DNA of 64,000 bases from Glaucostegus cemiculus (taxonomy: Eukaryota), in the NCBI GenBank assembly GCA_976551045.1, contig CDPCPM010000026.1, positions 6,262,001-6,326,000 of the forward strand, in the 5' to 3' direction. Positions 38,281 to 51,918 of the stretch are shown here, piece after piece; position 1 is the stretch's first letter, and every line of letters starts with the position of its first letter. The notes below the pieces were generated by a model. The model ran no database searches and was not told where the DNA came from. It saw only the letters and a list, made by a program, of their open reading frames with translations. A program made the position numbers and the translations under genes.

Positions 38281-40370
38281 GCTAATACTGATCTTTGATG
38301 CAACATCAGCAAAACGGAACACTTGGGCATTATCAGACCACTGTTTCTGAAAGTTCACTGTGAAGAAATAGGCTGACAGGAGGCCTATATTACAATAATG
38401 ACTGCATTTAAATAAAAACACGATTGGTTGCAGAGTACTAAACATCGTGTTAAATAAATGCAAGTCTTCCTTTACATATGATGCTTTAGCTAGCTCAAGA
38501 GCTACAATAGTAATGGATATGTGCTCCATTTGACATTACATTTTATCTGTCCATCTAAACTTTTTCAAGTCCAAAGAAACAGATATTTTGAATTCACACC
38601 ATGGCTGCTAGGATTTCTTTTGTTTATTAACTTATGGATAGAGAAAGTACACAGTGCCATACAGACCGAAATGCGTTAAATGTCTTCTACATCCATAACG
38701 ATTAAACAAACTGTGATGTCAGAAGAAAATTCCAGTAACCTTTGCTCAAGCCAGAAAACTAATAAAAACACTTAGCGGACTGTTTACAATTCCTGTCCAT
38801 CTGCATCATAGAAATAATCCTTATTGATTGTTGACCTCTTTGATAGGATTTGGAATTTCTGCCAAGGTGTTTGCCTGTACTGAGGTATTTGATGGTTCTA
38901 GGACGAGACACATTTATTGAAGTCTTCACCCATCTTTTAAATTATTTCCAATCGTATATCATGTCACTGACTGAAGTGACATGAACCTCGAGGGAGCTTG
39001 GTGCACACACAAATATGTAAAAAGAAAATGATTGATTTTGAAAACATTGTTATTTTGAATTCAAAAGCAAGTTTAAGTATGGTTTGCTTTGTTTTAGTTC
39101 TGTGCAAATATATGTCTTATAATAAACACAGATCAGCTGGTGGTGAGTTTTCTAGCTTAGTAGCAAATTGCAAGCATGTGAGAGAAGAACCAGATTTCCA
39201 ATTCAATTCCAGTGGCATAGTATTAGATTAATAACCTTTAGGCTCAAAGTCATGTTCATCCCATGTGGAAGAGAAGGATTCAATTCCAGTGATGTGTTCC
39301 TCCCTAACTTGTTTGATGGAAGTGTTGAACAAAGATCTGATTTGTTGCAAAAACTTTAAATGCCTGTGAAAGGAAGCGTTTCATCTTTGCCTCATTTCCC
39401 AATAAATTTCTCTCATTACTCTACAAACACTAACTTTCTCAGGAAAGTCAGTCATTTACAGATTGATGTCATGAAGTACGACAGATTGTATTCATAGATG
39501 GTGTGAGAGTTGTTTGTGTTCTTGACCCTAATACACTCGAACTTGTTTGTGCATCTATGCTGGATGACACAACAAGCTGCCTTCAGTTGGTAGTTGGGAT
39601 TTACAAATGTTCAATTTCAATCAATCAAAAGGGGTAAAAAAGCAGTCACTAAAACTTCTAAAACAAATATTTGGTAACATCTGTATGCTAATGACTGAAC
39701 ACTCCAGACCATCACTGAATAGAGTAGCTTTTCATGTAGTTACAGGTTTATCACTGGACTATTGTAATGAATCAATCATCTTCTGAGTAGCCATATTATT
39801 AGAACATCAATCAATGTTGACTAAACTGACTTCAATCCGATTTACCCATCTTATTATCCCTAAGGTCTTTATCACTGATGATTGTCACACTGGGGATATC
39901 TTGAAAGAAGGTTACTGTTAACATGGAACATAAGAGATTTGATTTCAGATGCTAACATTCAACTCTTTCTATTTGTTCTGCAGCTCACTCAGTATTACTG
40001 CTTAGTTCCAAGATGCAGTAGTGACAGATTAACCTTTGGGGATAGAAACAACATCCTAACAATTCAAAGGTTCCAAAAGGACTGGAGTGTTTTGGAGCAT
40101 TTTCACAGTTTAGGTTGAGGATAAAATGATGTATAATTATTATCTTCTGCTATAATGGGCCAGGTTGTGTTTGACCGATCCCAAGCCTTGTGCTCTCTGT
40201 TTGCGCTATTCCATGGACAATAACCCTTTGTAGCTCTGCAAAGGTCCTCACTGCCACAACAGTCTTGAGTACTGAAATTGATTCTGAGTGGTGACAAAGT
40301 CCCAGGTAACACATCCTGAATCCTTGCTTCTGGCCTTTGACAGCTCATCAGAGGCAAATAAAATATCTGT

Positions 40371-40623
40371 GATAGAGTCAGAGACAGATAGGATGGGAAC
40401 AGGCCACTGAGTCCACACAGACCATCAACCATGCATTTACACTAATCCCTTTGTTAATTGTCTGAGATTCTACCACTCACCCACATGGTTGGGGCAATTT
40501 AAAGTGCCTAATTAATTTACCAATCAGGACATCTTTGGAATGTGGGAGGAAACCAAAGAAAGGGTCAGGATTGAACCCAGGTCTCTGGCGTTGTGGGGCA
40601 GCGGCTCTACTGGCTGTGCCACT
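40371..40623 (-). mobile_element. HE1-like V-SINE, internally deleted
   Basis: acatctttggaatgtgggaggaaacc and ggtcaggattgaacccaggtctctggcgttgtggggcagcggctctactggctgtgccact. Confidence 0.85.
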
Positions 40624-40629
40624 CCTAAC

Positions 40630-41215
40630 ACCAGGTGCCTTTGTCCTCCTCGATGGTGGAGGCAGTACCTTCCAAGCTGCTGTCAGACTATCCCCGGTGA
40701 GTAATTGCAATGCATTTTGTAGATGGTCGACACTGTAACCATTGTGCACAAGCAATGTGGGAAAGGATGTTTTAGGGTGGTGGATGGGGATCTATTGGAC
40801 TGTTTTGTCCTGGATCATTATCAAGCTTTTTACCAGACCTGCTGGAGTTGCGCTCTTTGAGGGAAGAAAAGTGTATTCCATTATGTTCCTGTCATGTCTG
40901 TATATGGTGGAAAGGCTTTGGAGTGACAGAAGGTGAGTTGATCACCACAGGATGTTCAGCCTCTAATCTGCTCTTGCTCTTGAAGCCATTGTATTAATGA
41001 CGAGTTTCTCATCAATGGTGATGTCCAGGATGTAATGGTTGGGGACTTGGTGATGCCATTGAATGTCGCTTGTTGGAAATGGTCATTCTATAATGACAAC
41101 TTTCATCACTTTGAGTGGACTGATTGGGTGGTAGTTAGCTGGATTGGATACTTTACCCCTGCATTTTGAAATCAGGACATACCTGTGCAATTTTCCACAT
41201 GGGATTGGATGTTCA
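40630..41215 (-). mobile_element. Decayed CR1-group non-LTR RT C-terminal region
   Basis: Reverse relic tgcattttgtagatggtcgacac, tttgtcctggatc, gtattccattatgttcctg...atggtggaaaggctttggagtgacagaaggtgag. Confidence 0.65.
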
Positions 41216-41499
41216 CCATTCAAAATTATTGAATTCATTGTTAAGTCTTGAAGAACTTGTTCAAAAGATTAGGTCCTGGAGTTTACACTGAGTGTCAGTG
41301 GGACCAGAGGCTTGGAACAGAGAGATCTGAGGGGTGAATTAAAATGACAAGTGAATTAAAGCTTAGCCACAGTTGTGGACTGAACAGAATTACTCTGCTA
41401 GCATCACCCATTCTGTGATTGGGTTTGGTCTTCCAAAATTGGAGATCACACATTGTGGGCAGCAAAAAATGTTTAGTAATTTGAATGAAATATAAGTAA

Positions 41500-41935
41500 C
41501 TTACTGTTTCACCTTGGAGGAAAGATTGTGGCACTGAAAGAAGGGGGTGAAGGACAGCCATTGTATCTCCTGTGCTTGCACAGGGAAGTACTTTGAGAAG
41601 AGGAGGAGTTGCTGAGGACCGGGAACTGTGTACATGGGTGTCTGCAGGATACTGAAAGTGGAGTAGGAGATGAACTTACTTGAGGTATCATGTCGGATGT
41701 GGTAGAAATGGTAAATGATCCATTGAATATGGAGATATGTGATCCTGAGAAGGAGAAGAAATGCTGAGAACAAAAGTGCAGGAAATTTGGTATAGACCAT
41801 CATGGGTTCTGTTGATGTCAGTGGAGGGGCATCCTTGGCTGAGGAAAGAGAAAGACGTGTCAGAAGCACAGATTTGGTGGAGGACGTTGCCAGAACAAAT
41901 GTGTTGGAGAAAGAAAATTGGGGAAAAGTTTTATG
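41500..41935 (-). mobile_element. Decayed Penelope ORF fragment
   Basis: Minus translation LHIQWIIYHFYHIRHDTSSKFI resembles FPIQHLILCNFLHLQQDPTTRHI at 17730-17800. Confidence 0.7.
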
Positions 41936-42902
41936 GAAACAAGGTTAGAGATAGAATGAAAAGTAAATGCGTGTTTCAAGGGCCTTCAGGCAACTTGAGC
42001 AGATTTGTCTTCTTGGAACCACAGTTGAGGCTACTATGCCTGTATATATTTGTACCTCTCATCTGACCTGATAACCTCATCTAACTTTAACACCGTTGTG
42101 ATAAATTTAGCACTCTGTTTATCACTGCTCCTGAAAAAGAGATAGCAGAATCTTACCAGCTGGTGCTGCATGCTCTGTTTTAACCATTGAACAGCTTCAT
42201 AGTTCTAAAAGTATTAGAACAAAAATGATCCTCAAGACTGGAGAAGCTCTTACAAAACAAAATCTATAACATACGGAGCATGGGCCTTACCTCAACCCGA
42301 TTTCAAACATTATCTCAGAAGTGTGCTCTGTGTGAATTAATTTGGTTTGTTACAAGTTCATTCCAGAGCCTGTCCTCTGCTTCAGGATGAATATTTGTCT
42401 TTGCCAATAAACTCTATCTCACATCATGCATTCCTTTGTGTTTCACCAAACATTCCCATGGGCTCCACTAGCCAATTTTGAAATCTTGATAACTGCAGAA
42501 GTGCACAGCTTGAACTTGATCATTGCCATTATTAAATGTGCTGGCTATGTAAACATTCTGAAGCTTCAATATTGGCCAGTTAGACATTAGCGGAAAATAA
42601 ATCAATAAAGTGGACAGCAAGTCATCTATTGAGTCCACACAAGGCAAGTTTCTTGTTTCACACATTCCCCCAATGTGACTAGCTGAGCCAATCTTGAGTA
42701 CATTCTTTGAGGGAGAGCCTATGGTCCTGAGTCCCACCCAATGCCAGATACTACTTGGCAACCACATTGAGAACATCAAAACCACGTGTCATCTTCTAAT
42801 GAAGGAACATAAATTAAGTTAAAACGAGGGAATAAAAAAAACTTACTTTAAAATTGGTTACTTGGATGGTTTTACCTTGTACATATGCAGAGCATATTCT
42901 AA

Positions 42903-43390
42903 ATTCAGAATCAGAATCAGTTTTATTGTCACAACCATATACATACATAGTATGCATAGGAGCGAGATATCGTCCTCCTTAGGTGCTCGTCCCATTAAAT
43001 AACAACCAACAGAGACACAGACACACTTAACAAAATAACCATTAAAAAACATTAAACATTAAAAACTACGGAAGTTGAAATTAAATTAATACGCAGATTA
43101 AATTAAAAATGGCCGGTAAATAAATAAATAGTTATTAAAGTGAACGGGCTGGTGGCGGGCATTTAAAGTGTTGGTGCATTTCTGTGCACCTAGCATCTCT
43201 TAGTGTTAACACGAAAGATGGAGGGATGAGAGAGTTCGCAGTTCTGATGGCTTGCGGAAAGAAGCTATTGTTCAGCCTGGTCCTTCTTACCCTGATACAT
43301 TTAAGCCTCCTCCCCGATGGCAAAATTGTAAAGAGGTGATGGGAGGGGTGAGAAGGGTCGGCCATTATGCTTTTGGTCTTCCTCACACAA
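42903..43390 (-). mobile_element. Rex1/Babar 3' end, distinct subfamily
   Basis: ORF 43135-43386 IMADPSHPSHHLFTILPSGRRLKCIRVRRTRLNNSFFPQAIR; (ctgatt)n tail after aataaaa. Confidence 0.88.
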
Positions 43391-45130
43391 CAACATAAGA
43401 AAATTATTTTCTTATGGAACTTATTCTATTTAAATTACTTTAATAATGACATTGCTCTGAAGTTCTACTATAATTACTGAAATGATTTCACCAATCTGGG
43501 ATGGGATTGACTGCTGTTATTTCTTACTGGCACCTTTTTTTAAAGCATCACCAAAAGAAGTGTCAGAGTTTTTTTGTTCCCCATCATAAGCTTTGGAAGT
43601 GCTGACCTGTACAAATCTAGTATATTTTTGGGAAAAGTACTTTGCATCTCAAAATTACCTCTTTTATGATTACACCCAACACATCTCTCCACCATTTATC
43701 AATAAAAAAATAATAAGCTATTTTAAATTGGTACACCAGAAAAATACATACATGAAACAGGACACAGTTTTGGATCTCTTGGGCACAGGCAGAGATACAG
43801 CCTCTGTTGTATCTTTAAACCCAATTGAAAAATCTGGTATGACTTTTATCAATAGGAGCATTGAGTTTTGTGGGTTTCCGTTGGGTCCCAGAAGCATTAC
43901 AAAATATTTGTTTATGAGCAAGAGAATTCTAGGTTGTTTCATATTCGTATCCACAGTCATTACCACTGATACTGTATCAACTATGATAATTACCATTGTG
44001 ACTTAGAGTTAAGTACATCAGACATTTGTCTGCTCTAAGGGGAAAAGCATTAAGTTGGCACGGACTGTTTGTTTGAAATTAGGTTCACTTTATTCAGCTT
44101 GGTTTGATTTGGCTCACTTTCATGTTAAATGTGAAAGAATGTGTGGTTAGGACAGAATGTGTTTTGGTGCTGAAGTCCACTGTCATACATTTCCTCAAAT
44201 AGCAAAAACATGAAAATTATTTACATCATTTACCATGAAAGCATGTGCAACTATTAAAATGTTAAAGATGTGACATAGTCTTGCTTAAACTCTGGGTGTG
44301 AATGGAACCAAAAAAATGGCCTAAGCTGTCAAAAAGTAGATCAGCTTGGGTAAACTACATATTTACCAGTGATTCATGGAACACTGTCAATTTTTGTTGA
44401 CTACCAAACTAATGCCTTGGCACACCTTTTTCTGCAGTGAATTGTATGTTCATTATTGAAGAAACTGGGTTAGCTAATTCCAACCATAATAGTGTCAGCC
44501 TATCTGTAAACCCTCCTTCTCCATAATCGTAGACAAAGAAATGGGCATCACTGCACAGTTATCAAGGGGAAGAATATTGATGCTGGCAAAAATAATAATT
44601 GTGCTCTCAGTTCAACTCTACTAGTGATTAATCCTTTCTCTGGGTGTCATCCTGTGGGATACTTGCAAATCCTTTCCACCTAGGCTGTGGGATCCCATAA
44701 AGCCAGACTGTAGCATCAAACCAACTGACCTCTCAGGTGACATAAAAATGGTTACAGCTTTGGAAGGAGCACTTGAAACTCTGGCAGACTGTTGATCAAT
44801 TTGCAAGTTCTTCCACTACTTCATTTGGTCATCTCTCAAAGGAAGAGTGAAAAGATATGAAAACAAAAGTATACAGCACTTCCCACTTCCCTAATCTCCC
44901 ACTCCCTGCACTGTCCTTTCAAGATCCAACAGTTTGGTGCATGTTCAATTGCGCATCAGTTACTGCACAGCTATTTCCCTATTTGTACCTTGATGACTGA
45001 CCAGCAACCAGCTAGTAATCTTTCTGAATGATGTATAAGGTGAGGCTGCATGTGTGCTAAATTATGAACATCCCTTTGACAATGTTTAGATTACAACCAA
45101 GAGCTTGACTGTGATTGCCCAAGCTTATTT

Positions 45131-45283
45131 ATAGAACATTGCAACACAGTACAGGCCTTTCGGATAACATTTGTGCTGACATTTTATCCTGCTTTAAGAT
45201 CTATCTAACCCTTCCCTCCCACATAGCCCCCCATTTTTCTATCATTAATATGTCTATCTAAGGATCTCTCAAATGTCCCTAAT
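45131..45283 (-). mobile_element. CR1 3' end
   Basis: Near-identical to 46712-46872 (acattttatcctgct.taagatctatctaacccttccctcccacatagcccc). Confidence 0.85.
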
Positions 45284-45311
45284 TCATAGCGAATCTGTTG
45301 TCATTCCATCA

Positions 45312-45800
45312 AAAGAGAAATATTCAGCAGGTCAGGCAGCATCCATGGAGAGAGAAGCACAGTAAATATTTCAAGGAGATAATCTTTCATCAGAACTGGA
45401 AAAGTTAGAAATAGGTTTAAGATGCAGAGAAAGAGGGAGAAGGGGGAGCAAAAGTCTGTGACAAGCTGCAAAGAAAGAGAGCTTGAATGACAAAAAGGAA
45501 TGATGGTGCAAGATGAAAGGAGGTGGTAAAATTTGCAACACCCATCCTTTTATCCACTATCCAGGAGATAAACAACCTACAGGTGAATCAATGAATGTGC
45601 CTCCTGCGGTGAATTGGGCCAGTGTTGCAGGGCTGGTCTCTTCACTCTGAGCCGGACACATCTGGTTGCACCTCTCTAAACTGTCTTCACCTCCAATGTC
45701 TCCTAGATGCCTCCCCCTTGGTAAGCCATTGGGCACAGCAGTGGTTGACTTCAGAATATATTGTTCATTGCTCAAGGTGTTGTCCTGTGTGCACTGGAGT
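45312..45800. mobile_element. Penelope terminal repeat (-) joined to a GIY-YIG-proximal fragment (+)
   Basis: cagcaggtcaggcagcatc...ctttcatcagaactgg on minus; cactatccagg...caggtgaatca and attgttcattgctcaaggtgt...cactggag on plus. Confidence 0.65.
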
Positions 45801-46062
45801 GGGGCGTGGGGGTAGTTGGCTACTCTTGTAATCAGTTTTAATTTTATATAATTTGGTATGTTTTATCTCCTACAGTTATGCCATCAAGTCATAAATATAG
45901 GAAGAATTCAGTGGCTATTTTTCAATTGGACTTATCTGCATCAATTTAAGTTCTAACGAGATACATCCATGTACATGCATGCAAGAAATAGTATTCATCC
46001 ACAGCTAGAAAATAGAGATTTGGGGGTAACTGGAAATAACAGTCTAAAAATGAATACATTAT

Positions 46063-46430
46063 AATAAAACTTGTGTTTGTATAGCATTTTTCATGATATA
46101 AAGGGCTCAAAGCAATTCACACAAGCAATTGCAGGTCACAGACAATTGTTATTGCTGACAATCACTGGGAGTCTTGCAGATTGCCATGAGATAACTTAAT
46201 AGATGATCCATTTTTTAAAAACTATTGTGATTGAGAAATGAATGTTGGTTAGACCTCCAGGATAAACGTCTACTCTTCTTCAAACACCTGTCGCAGGATC
46301 TCCAATATCTAACAATCAATTGATGGGTGGGGGCCCTCAGTTTATCTAACAGTTGCAAAAAATATGCAAGGCTGATTCTATTGTCCAGTAAAAGGATCAC
46401 ACAGCACTGTAATTTTAATTTGTACACAAG
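46063..46430 (-). mobile_element. DeuSINE (SacSINE1/AmnSINE1-like) relic
   Basis: aacttgtgtttgtatagcatttttcatga...caaagc, gatgatccattt...tgattgagaaatgaatgttgg, ctactcttcttcaaa...ggatct, gggccctcagttta, all in Deu-domain order. Confidence 0.65.
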
Positions 46431-46480
46431 GCAAGACTCTCATTGATGCCACGCTCAGTCAAATCCTGCCACAATGTCAA

Positions 46481-46571
46481 GGTGAGGAAGTGCAAACTCC
46501 ATACACACAGCACCAAAGGTTACAGTTGAGTGTGGGTACCTGAAGCTGTGAGGCAACAGCATTAATTGCTG
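46481..46571 (-). mobile_element. V-SINE head fragment
   Basis: gtgcaaactccatacacacagcacc...ctgaagctgtgaggcaacagc. Confidence 0.7.
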
Positions 46572-46711
46572 AAAAAAAAACCTCCGCAGCCCCAAATCAT
46601 ATCTTTGCTGATTGTAGAGTCAGCATCATCAACTTTATGAATTTGAATTTTGGGATTGTTTTATTTTGGTGCAGTAGCAGAAAACTACTAACATTAAGGT
46701 GATTTCACCTG

Positions 46712-48507
46712 ATAGAACATACAACACTATGGCACAGTACAGGCCCTTTGGTCCATGATGTTATGCTGACATTTTATCCTGCTCTAAGATCTATCTAACC
46801 CTTCCCTCCCACATAGCCCCCATTTTTCTATCATTCATGTGTCTATCTAAGAGTCTCTTGAATGTCCCTAATGTACCTGCCCCCACAACCTCAGCCGGCA
46901 GTGCATTTCACGCACCCACCACTCTTAGTGTAAAAAAAAATTACCCCTGACATCCCCCTTATCCCTTCCTCCAATCACCTTAAAATTATGTCCCCACGTG
47001 TTACCCATTGACGCCCTGGGAAAAAATCTCCAACTGTCCACTCAATCTATACCTCTTATCATCTTGTACACCTCTATCAAGTTGCCTCTCATCCTCCTTC
47101 ACTCCAAAGGGAAAAGCCCTAGCTCGCTCAGCCTATCCTCATAAGACATGCTTTCCAATCCAGGCAACATCCCGGTAAATCTCCTCTGTACTCTTTCTAA
47201 AGCTTCCACATTTTTTCTATAATGAGGTGACTAGAATGGAACACAATACTCCAAGTGTGGTCTGACCAAAGTTCTATAGTGCTGCAACATCACCTCGCGG
47301 CTCCTGAACTCAATACCCTGTCTAAAGAAGGCCAACACTCCATACGCCTTCTTAACAACCCTACCGACCTGTGTGGCAACCTTGAGGGATCTATGGACAT
47401 GGACCCCAAGATCCCTCTGTTCCTCCACACTTAGCAGTCCTGCCATTAACCTTGTATTTCTGCCTTTGAATTTGATTTTCTGAAGTGTATCACTTCACAC
47501 TTCACACTGCCACTTCTCAGCCCAGCTCTGCATCCTATCAATTTCTGTTGTAATCTACAGCAACCTTCTACACTATCCACAACACCACCAACCTTCAGGT
47601 CATCTGCAAACTTACTAACCCACTCTTCCACATCCTCATCTAAGTCATTTATGAAAATCACAAAGAGCAGGGGTCCCAGAACATAACCCTGTGAAATACC
47701 ACTGGTCACCGACCTCCAGTCAGAATATGCTCCATCTACCACCACCCTCTGTCTTCTATGGGTGATCCAAATCTGAATCCACACAGCCAAGTTTCCCTGG
47801 ATCCCATGCTTCCTGACTTTCTGAATATGTCTTCCATGAGGAACCTTATCAAATGCCTTATTAAAATCAATGTACACCACATCCACTGCTCTAACTTCAT
47901 CAATGTGCTTTGTCACATCCTCAACAAATTCAATCAGGCTTGTGATGCACGACTTGCCCCTCACAAAGCCATGTTGACTGTCCCTAATCAGCCCATGCTT
48001 CTCCAAATGCCTGTAAATCCTGTCACTAAGAATTTTCTCCAGTAATTTGCCCACCCCTGAAGTAAGACTCACTGGTCTGTCATTCCTAGGGTTATCCCTA
48101 CTTCCTTTCTTAAACAAAGAAACAACATTTGCCACCCTCCAATCATCCTGCACTACTCCTGTGGCCAGTGAGGATGCAAAGGTCGTCATCAAAGGTGCAG
48201 CAATCTCTTCCCTAGCTTCCCGTAATAACCTTGGATATAAACTGTCCGGACCCAGTGACTTATTTATCCTGATGTTTTTTCAATAGTTTCAGCACATCCT
48301 CTTTCCTCACATCGATATGCCCTAGCATATCAGTCTGTCGTACACTGTCCTCACAGACATCTAGGTCTCTCTGGTGAATACTGAAGCAAAGTATTCATTA
48401 AGGACCTTCCCTACCTCTTTCGACTCCAGGCATATGTTTCCTCTTTTATCCCTGATTGATCCTACCCTCATTCTAGTCATCCTCTTAGTCTTTACATATG
48501 TGTAGAT
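46712..48507 (-). mobile_element. CR1 LINE, 5'-truncated
   Basis: ORF 47446-48192 with RPVSLTS, QHGFVRGKSC, DFNKAFDKVPH, QGYVLGP, KFADD; ORF 47231-47446 LVRPHLEYC; intact 3' end. Confidence 0.95.
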
Positions 48508-50639
48508 TTGTGATTTCAAGCTTTTTCTGCGAAATGTCCTCTGTGACCAGGGCTGTGGCAGCTCTGACAACAATTTTCTTCCTCAGACCAAGTTTTGCAA
48601 TGAATCGCTAAGAAAGTATTGGGAATAGAATAAACAGCCAAGTGCCTTCTGATGGCAAGGAATAGTCAATAGCAAATCATTGCAAAGTATGGCCATATAT
48701 ACGCCATTTTTAAATAGCTCAGACCTCCAAATATTGCAAATAAATGATGAAACAACAAATTGGTTATTAGTGAAGGGAAGGGGGAACCTCTTGCTCAGAC
48801 ATCTATGAGCAGAAGGGGAATTCATCACAGAATCTCCATATCAGAAAACCTTGCATATTTGGGGATTAGTTGAATATAAGGACCCTACAGGACTTTAGTG
48901 CTCTAATTCTGCTGAAGAGTTTGTTGGAATGATCATGTAATGACTGTGCTTGCCTTCAAATGTGCTCTTGTGACTTTGCCATGTGAATCAGACCAAAGCT
49001 GGAGTAAACAAGAAATTAAATGTGATTCAAAGACACAAAAGAGGAAAGGACACTTTTTTTTGCTGAAGTGCTGAATTTTTGTTTTGGCCATTCTCTCCCA
49101 GATTTCCAGAAGCCATATTCACATGCAAACTGCTTTTGGCATTCAGATCTATCTGGTCTAACTAAATGCTCCATCAAATAATCAATTTTACTTTGAGCTA
49201 TTAATACAACATGTAGTACACACAAAAAAAATTAGGTGCTTAATTACATTGCATAAATAAGTGATGTTTTATGTATATCAAAATATATTAATTGTTTTAT
49301 CAATTTCCACTATCATTCCAACTGACCTCCGGCATTCAATGGATGCCAGATATTTCATTAGTGTTGAGAGATATAAATGTGTTCTATTTCTTCAGGCTTT
49401 ACTAGCTTCACAATTGGATTCCTATTGTTCTCAAAGAAATCTTAACTGACAATTATCTTGTTTACATACACTGAGATGATCTCAAGGCCAGACCTCTTCC
49501 TGCCTGCAATGGCAAATACTACATGAAAGCCTCTTTTCAGGCACAGTATGTCTGGCCAAGTTGAGGTTTGGTCCCATTAATTTGCATTCTGTGCTGGAAG
49601 CAGTGTGATAATTAAGCATAGTCAGTTTATGCCAACCTCTCCTTCAGCTTAAAAACTGGGATCTATGCCAATCTTAGCATTATTTGGATGAATTATGCAA
49701 GAATCAGTCATAGATATTTAGAAATGAGGTCCAACCCAGATGCTTTATGCTGGGTTGTTTTTCTCCCCCACAACATCGAGAATGCAAAGCAATTTTCAAT
49801 CTCCCTTTGGCCTTGGTTTCAACAAAATAAGGATTAACACAAAGAAAACCTAAATGTGTAGTTGGGATGGCTCTAAGGTATTTGGAGACAAAAGTTGTTT
49901 GCACTTGTTCCCTGAAGTAGTATAATATCTAAACATTACTTATTGGAGGATTATGACAAAGTTGTGAATATTTTTGGTGATCATATCTTGCCAAAATATT
50001 ATGTGAAATTTACTACATCAATCAATGTTCATTATATGCATAAATATTGTCTTCATCAATATTGTTATTAACATTCCTACCCACATTGTTTATTCTAGAA
50101 TGCAGTTTTAGTGGATAATAAGATTACAATGGCTACCAAAGATGTTACAGTTCTTTGAAGTGCTTTGTAATGATGGGTATGTGAATAAAGTGATGAGATC
50201 ATTGGGGTGAAATATATAAATAAAACATTGGTTTCAGATTTTTACTCTCTTAACTCATTTATAAAAGTTTATACAAGTTTTAAGTTTGTGTATGATATGA
50301 AGTGGAAGGGATAGTCAATATAGAGGGCAATCGTGGCAATTACAGGACAATAATACACCTGCATAATGGCAAATAATTGATAATTGAAACTCAACACAAA
50401 TAACTGCTGGATATTATATTTTGGCAGAAGAATAGTGTGGTCATTTATTGCTTGGAAAATGTGAGCCTTGGTGAGAGAGAGGAAAGAATGATTTTGGAGT
50501 ACAAATAACCCAGACACAAAAGGTCTCGCCGTAGGTTAGCAAGACCACAAAAACAGAAGGTAAATAACTAGGGTTTAATTCTAGAGGTGTAAAATTGAAA
50601 AAGAAAGAGATGTTGTGCTGTTCCTGCATACAGTTCTGT

Positions 50640-51075
50640 TGACGCATTATAAAAATTACACAGGGTGCAGAGACATGCACGATGATACCAGAGTGCAATG
50701 GTAAACATACTAGGAAAGGATGAAGAGACTGAGTCCTTTTTATTTCTTGAGAAAAGAAGCCTGAGGATTGAACTAACAAAGGTTTTGAAAAATATTGATG
50801 GAGTGGGTGTTTCCACTGTGGGGAAGGGCATACCTTGAGAACATCAATAAAAGATGGTCACCAAAAGGTCCCAGAGGGAAGTCAGAATAAATTTCTTGAC
50901 CCAAGGAATGGTGAGAATGTAGAATGTGCCATCTCATGAATAGTGGAAGTGAACAGTATCGATACATTTAAGGGGAGGCTGGGCAATCCACATGTGGATA
51001 AATAGGAAGAGATTTGATAGAACATGAAAACTGGTATGGAAGAGTCTGACTGAATGTCATGTTTCTGTACCATAT
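50640..51075 (+). mobile_element. Decayed CR1 3' portion
   Basis: gggtgcagagac...atgataccagag, ttcttgagaaaagaagcctgagg, gatacatttaaggggaggctgg and a 3' tail. Confidence 0.75.
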
Positions 51076-51331
51076 ACATCCCACATATTACCTCATAGGT
51101 TTTGAATGCACTTTCCCATTCAATTCATCACTATCTTTACCTGAATAGTAAATGAGTAAATGAGCAAATGCTCAGTAGTCTTACTGAAAGATCTCATAAG
51201 CATGCCTGACTTGCAACAATGAAATGTAGCATAACATTCTGCAAAGAAACTAGTCATTACATTGACAGGATGTTATATTATCCTCTCTTTGCTCCTGCCT
51301 CCATCTCTCTGGCATTTGATACTGATTCTAT

Positions 51332-51628
51332 CTAACAAATCATACAATCAGTGCTGCTCAGGACTTCCATCACACTGCTGAGCTTGTGTGATTTCTCTTT
51401 CCTCTGACATTCTTTGTACATCCCTCTTGCCTCCCACTTCTTTTCACATCTCCCTTCCTACTTATAATATGTGCTTCATTAATCAAGTTTCCTTTTAGTA
51501 ATGGTGTTACCTGACCCTCATACCTCCTTTATAGGTTTCCATGTAGCCACCCACTGTGCTCCCAAGATTCTCCCATTCCCACCCTGTTACCTGTTGCAAA
51601 TTTATATCCAGCTCCCACAATTTTAATA
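51332..51628. repeat. Partner (putative donor) of the inverted duplication at 58541-58826
   Basis: Its reverse complement aligns end to end with 58541-58826, including 47 identical nt. Confidence 0.92.
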
Positions 51629-51918
51629 CTTGGCTTCCAAGTCAAGCCTTAACTGCATCTAAATCCCCATATTGATTCTATAAGTCCAGATCACTCTAGC
51701 AAGTGGGTGAAATTGTTGACAGAGTTAGGACTGTCATCTGAAATATGAAACTGAAGAATTTCTTTTAAAGGAATGGAATTATTATTTCCATATTGGAGAC
51801 TATAGCAATAGCAAGAAAAAAGCAGCAACCTTTAACATTGACGTGCATGAACAGGCTGGAGACTGAATTGAAGAAAGTCATGACAACTCATCCCAGTGTG
51901 GGGACTGGCAAATACAAA

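Noticed and set aside
43593-44006. 137 aa ORF in unique DNA
   Set aside because: Non-ATG start, low-information AT-rich composition, no motif or splice support.
44621-44880. Minus-strand polypyrimidine tract and 61 aa ORF as a coding exon
   Set aside because: GAG acceptor with stops in all three frames immediately downstream.
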